In this document: in pieces, positions 61,172 through 64,000 of the stretch
How the letters are laid out: each line of letters opens with the position of its first letter
Numbering within the stretch: the first letter of the stretch is position 1
Source of the DNA: an uncultured Acidobacteriota bacterium
GTDB lineage: Bacteria > Acidobacteriota > UBA6911
DNA: 64,000 nucleotides
Assembly (NCBI GenBank): GCA_963761825.1
Contig: CAVXIH010000002.1
Location: forward strand, 526,291 to 590,290
Direction of reading: 5' to 3'
Notes under the pieces: generated by a model
What the model was told of the DNA's origin: nothing
The model's database searches: none
The model's input: only the letters and a program-made list of their open reading frames with translations
Made by a program: the position numbers and the translations under genes

Positions 61172-61272
61172 TTTGGAGTGCGGCAGCTTGCTGCCGCTTT
61201 TGAAAACGACTCAATATGCATGCTTTTCCAGGATTCGCTTGAAAGCGGCAGCAAGCTGCCGCACTCCAAAGG
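61172..61272. repeat. Inverted REP pair, family B, between convergent genes
   Basis: TTTGGAGTGCGGCAGCTTGCTGCCGCTTT / AAAGCGGCAGCAAGCTGCCGCACTCCAAA. Confidence 0.85.
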
Positions 61273-61482
61273 CTAATCGATTGCGATCATTACGTTGGAT
61301 GCTTTGATGACCGCGTAGGCTTCTTTGCCGACGGCCAGCTGCAGCTTCTCGGCGGATTCCTTGGTAATAATCGAAACCACTTCGACGCCTTTGCTCAATT
61401 CGAGGACGATTTCCGAATTGACCGCGCCGACTGTGATGTGTGTGATTTTTCCCTTAAGCACGTTCCGGGCACTGAGTCTCAT
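61273..61482 (-). CDS. mop: Molybdate-binding TOBE protein (Mop/molbindin)
   Basis: GGAGG RBS; MRLSARNVLKG, SIITKESAEKL and AYAVIKASNVMI. Confidence 0.93.
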   Translation of the reverse strand: MRLSARNVLKGKITHITVGAVNSEIVLELSKGVEVVSIITKESAEKLQLAVGKEAYAVIKASNVMIAID

Positions 61483-61587
61483 GGCCTCTCCTCCATTGAA
61501 TGTTAGATATATACTATCACAATCCATTGGAGCCTTTGAGTTTTGGAGCCTTCGAGGTAAGATCACCAAACTTCCCGACAACGGAGT

Positions 61588-62214
61588 ATGAGCATGAACA
61601 GGATTGTCGCGGTGAAAACGAAAGAACCCCTAACCAGAGCAGGCTTGCCGGGATCTTTGGCCTGGGAAAAAGCGACGCGCGTCTCCTTCTGCTCCGATTG
61701 GCGCGGCGAACACGCAGACCCGCAGCGTGAAACGCAAGCGCGATTCCTATGGTCCGACGAATTCCTGTTCGTTCAATTTCTCTGCCGCTATCGCGCACTC
61801 TATGTCTACGAAGACGGCAACCGCCGCCGCGATCAACTCTGGCTGCGGGACGTGGCGGAGCTATTCATCCGGCCCGGCACCGACGATCCGGGCCATTATA
61901 AGGAATTCGAAATCAGTCCCAACGGCGACTGGCTGGATCTCGACATTGATTGCGGGAAAAAGTCTATTCTTTATTGCGACCTCAAGAGCCGCGTCCGCAT
62001 CGATGCGGATGCTTCTGTCTGGTCCGCCGAACTGGCGATTCCCTTCAGCTGCCTTACTGCCGCATTTCATCCCGATGAGATATGGAGATTGAACCTGTTC
62101 CGTATCGAGGGTCCCGACCCCGATCGTTTTTATTCTGCATGGCGGTCCACCTATACGCCTAATCCCAATTTCCACGTCCCGGAGCATTTTGGCGAGCTGC
62201 ATTTCGCGCCTTAA
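61588..62214 (+). CDS. Carbohydrate-binding family 9-like (DOMON-like) protein
   Basis: LWLRDVAELFI, YKEFEISPNG, WSAELAIPF, WRLNLFR and NFHVPEHFGEL. Confidence 0.88.
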   Translation: MSMNRIVAVKTKEPLTRAGLPGSLAWEKATRVSFCSDWRGEHADPQRETQARFLWSDEFLFVQFLCRYRALYVYEDGNRRRDQLWLRDVAELFIRPGTDDPGHYKEFEISPNGDWLDLDIDCGKKSILYCDLKSRVRIDADASVWSAELAIPFSCLTAAFHPDEIWRLNLFRIEGPDPDRFYSAWRSTYTPNPNFHVPEHFGELHFAP

Positions 62215-62446
62215 TTACACGCCGGCAGCAAAGCGGCCACTTGATTTTATCCCGGACAATTCTTCATGTGGGTCGGGGTCTTCTGACTTCTGACTTCTGA
62301 CTTCTGTCTCCTGACTCCTGTCTTCTATCTTCCTTTTGGCGAAGTGAATTTGCTTGACACTCATGTGCTCCAGGTTGCCTTATAGTGCCAGTTTGCAAAA
62401 TCTTTCTTGAACGGTTTTCCCTAACCCAAGATGAAAGGACATTGGA

Positions 62447-63511
62447 ATGAAATTCAGACAAATGATAGCCACAATCGGCATTCTCGTATCTCTTATCCTG
62501 CTGGGAGCATGCGGCCCTCAAGCGAAGCAGGAACCTGCTCAAACTACCCAGGCGACACAGGACGTGAAATACGACCGGCAGGGTCTCGTCGACCTGGCGG
62601 GGAAATATCTGGCGGCTATGGTAAAACACGAACCCAGCGCCGTACCCTTCGCCGAGAAAGTGAAGTTCACGGAGAACACGGCGGAAATACCGGTAGGAAA
62701 AGGGTTATGGACAACCGCATCGGGTGGTCCCTCGGAATTCCAGATCTATGCCGCGGATCCCGTGGCGCAACAAGTCGCCTTCCTCGTAATGATGCAAGAA
62801 AACAATAAGGACGTCCTTTTGGGTGCGCGCCTCAAGCTGGAAAATGGCAAAATCACCGAAGCCGAGCACCTGGCAATCCGTGACTTGGGCACCAGCCCCA
62901 TGGGACAGGGCGCTCTGGACAACTTGAAAACGCCGCGCCCCGGCTTGCTAGAGGATGTGGCACCGGCCGACAAGATGACGCGCGATCAGCTAATAAAAAT
63001 TGGACTTACCTATTACGATGCTCTTACAGGAGAAGACGGTAAGCTTTCACCCTTTGCCACTGAATGCGAACGCCACGAGAACGGCGCGTTAACCGCAGGA
63101 GGCAAGCCGCAACCTCAACCGAAGCCGGCCGCGAACACACCGGCTCCGAAGGTCGATCCTGAATTCGAGAAAATAATGAAGGCGATGGCGGCAGCGGGCC
63201 CCGTAGCCAATACCTGCGAAGCTCAAATCAGCACGGGCCAGTTTTCCTATATCACTGAGATCAACCCCCGTCGTGTGCTCATCGCGGATGAACAGAAGGG
63301 TCTTGCTGTGGGCTTTTCGATGTTTTACCACGACAGTTCGCTGAAGGAGTATACGTTTAAAGGCCCCAAAGGGGAGATGAAGATGCCTTCCTACCAGGGC
63401 ACGTTCAATCTGCCGGCGATGCACATCTACAAAATTAAAAACGGCAAAATGTACGACATCGAAGCGATCGGCTTCACGATGCCCTACGGCTTAAAATCCG
63501 GCTGGGAATAG
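62447..63511 (+). CDS. Lipoprotein of unknown function, paralog 3 of 3
   Basis: Lipobox LGAC; YLAAMVKHEP..VKFTEN, RLKLENGKITEAE, CERHENG, ADEQKG and KSGWE. Confidence 0.85.
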   Translation: MKFRQMIATIGILVSLILLGACGPQAKQEPAQTTQATQDVKYDRQGLVDLAGKYLAAMVKHEPSAVPFAEKVKFTENTAEIPVGKGLWTTASGGPSEFQIYAADPVAQQVAFLVMMQENNKDVLLGARLKLENGKITEAEHLAIRDLGTSPMGQGALDNLKTPRPGLLEDVAPADKMTRDQLIKIGLTYYDALTGEDGKLSPFATECERHENGALTAGGKPQPQPKPAANTPAPKVDPEFEKIMKAMAAAGPVANTCEAQISTGQFSYITEINPRRVLIADEQKGLAVGFSMFYHDSSLKEYTFKGPKGEMKMPSYQGTFNLPAMHIYKIKNGKMYDIEAIGFTMPYGLKSGWE

Positions 63512-63687
63512 AGTGATTGACAGATTATGCGTCCGCTATGAGAGTAGCCCGGCACGCAGTGCCGAGAAGTTGATGCGCTATAAACAATAAGTCCCGTTAG
63601 GGACGACTGGAATTTCAGTCGTCCTTAATGGGACCAATTCCCTTCCCAATCCTCTTTAGTCTAAATCGCTAAGTTGGCCGCGCAGTC

Positions 63688-63762
63688 TTTCGGAGTGCGG
63701 CAGCTCGCTGCCGCTTTGGTTTACGGATTTCTCAAAAGCGGCAGCGAGCTGCCACACTCCGC
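63688..63762. repeat. Inverted REP pair, family B
   Basis: CGGAGTGCGGCAGCTCGCTGCCGCTTT / AAAGCGGCAGCGAGCTGCCACACTCCG. Confidence 0.85.
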
Positions 63763-63783
63763 AGGCTAGCCGAGACGACAGAA

Positions 63784-64000
63784 TTACTTAAATCCGGGAA
63801 ACCAGCGGAGCGAGACGGTGGCTAAGAAGTTGTTTCTGTTCCCGCCCGGGACAAAATCGAAATTCCAGACTCGTTCGTACCCGAATTCCGGACGAACAAC
63901 AAATTTCTCATGCGTTGACCACTCCAAAGACGTTGTTATGCGGAACCGGCTTTCCGACTGTCGATCTTCCACCAGGATAATTTCGTTGGGCCCGCCGGAA
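63784..64000 (-). CDS. C-terminal part of a probable outer membrane beta-barrel protein (runs off the window)
   Basis: Frame open to the window edge; amphipathic strands VRPEFGYERV and FLATVSLRWF. Confidence 0.55.
   Translation of the reverse strand, partial: SGGPNEIILVEDRQSESRFRITTSLEWSTHEKFVVRPEFGYERVWNFDFVPGGNRNNFLATVSLRWFPGFK

Overview
Bacterial genomic window, most likely Acidobacteriota (Oar-type TonB-dependent receptor, acidobacterial VWA protein, split F0 ATP synthase cluster). Single-base indels break many genes, including essential ones (nuoN, greA, atpB), so most frameshifts are probably long-read errors. The first 3.5 kb is core genome (nuoN, greA, atpE/B/I/Z, tRNA-Ser). The rest is largely accessory and rich in exported proteins: 8 predicted Tat substrates, three paralogs of an unknown secreted family, two GH3s, a pectinesterase, esterases and MFS transporters, plus recQ, tag, a divergent EF-G and split B12 methyltransferase modules. 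Best hidden signals: (1) a secreted UGSC-type selenoprotein read through an in-frame UGA with a clear SECIS hairpin; (2) a tannase/MHETase-fold protein whose whole catalytic triad is replaced (Ser>His, Asp>Glu, His>Met); (3) four Tat-exported cupins, two forming an ~850-bp direct repeat; (4) an integrase-less attC cassette array; (5) a MerR gene with a 19-bp-spacer operator and an internal TipAS-like start; (6) several REP/MITE families that nest inside one another. All family assignments come from motif recognition; no database search was run.
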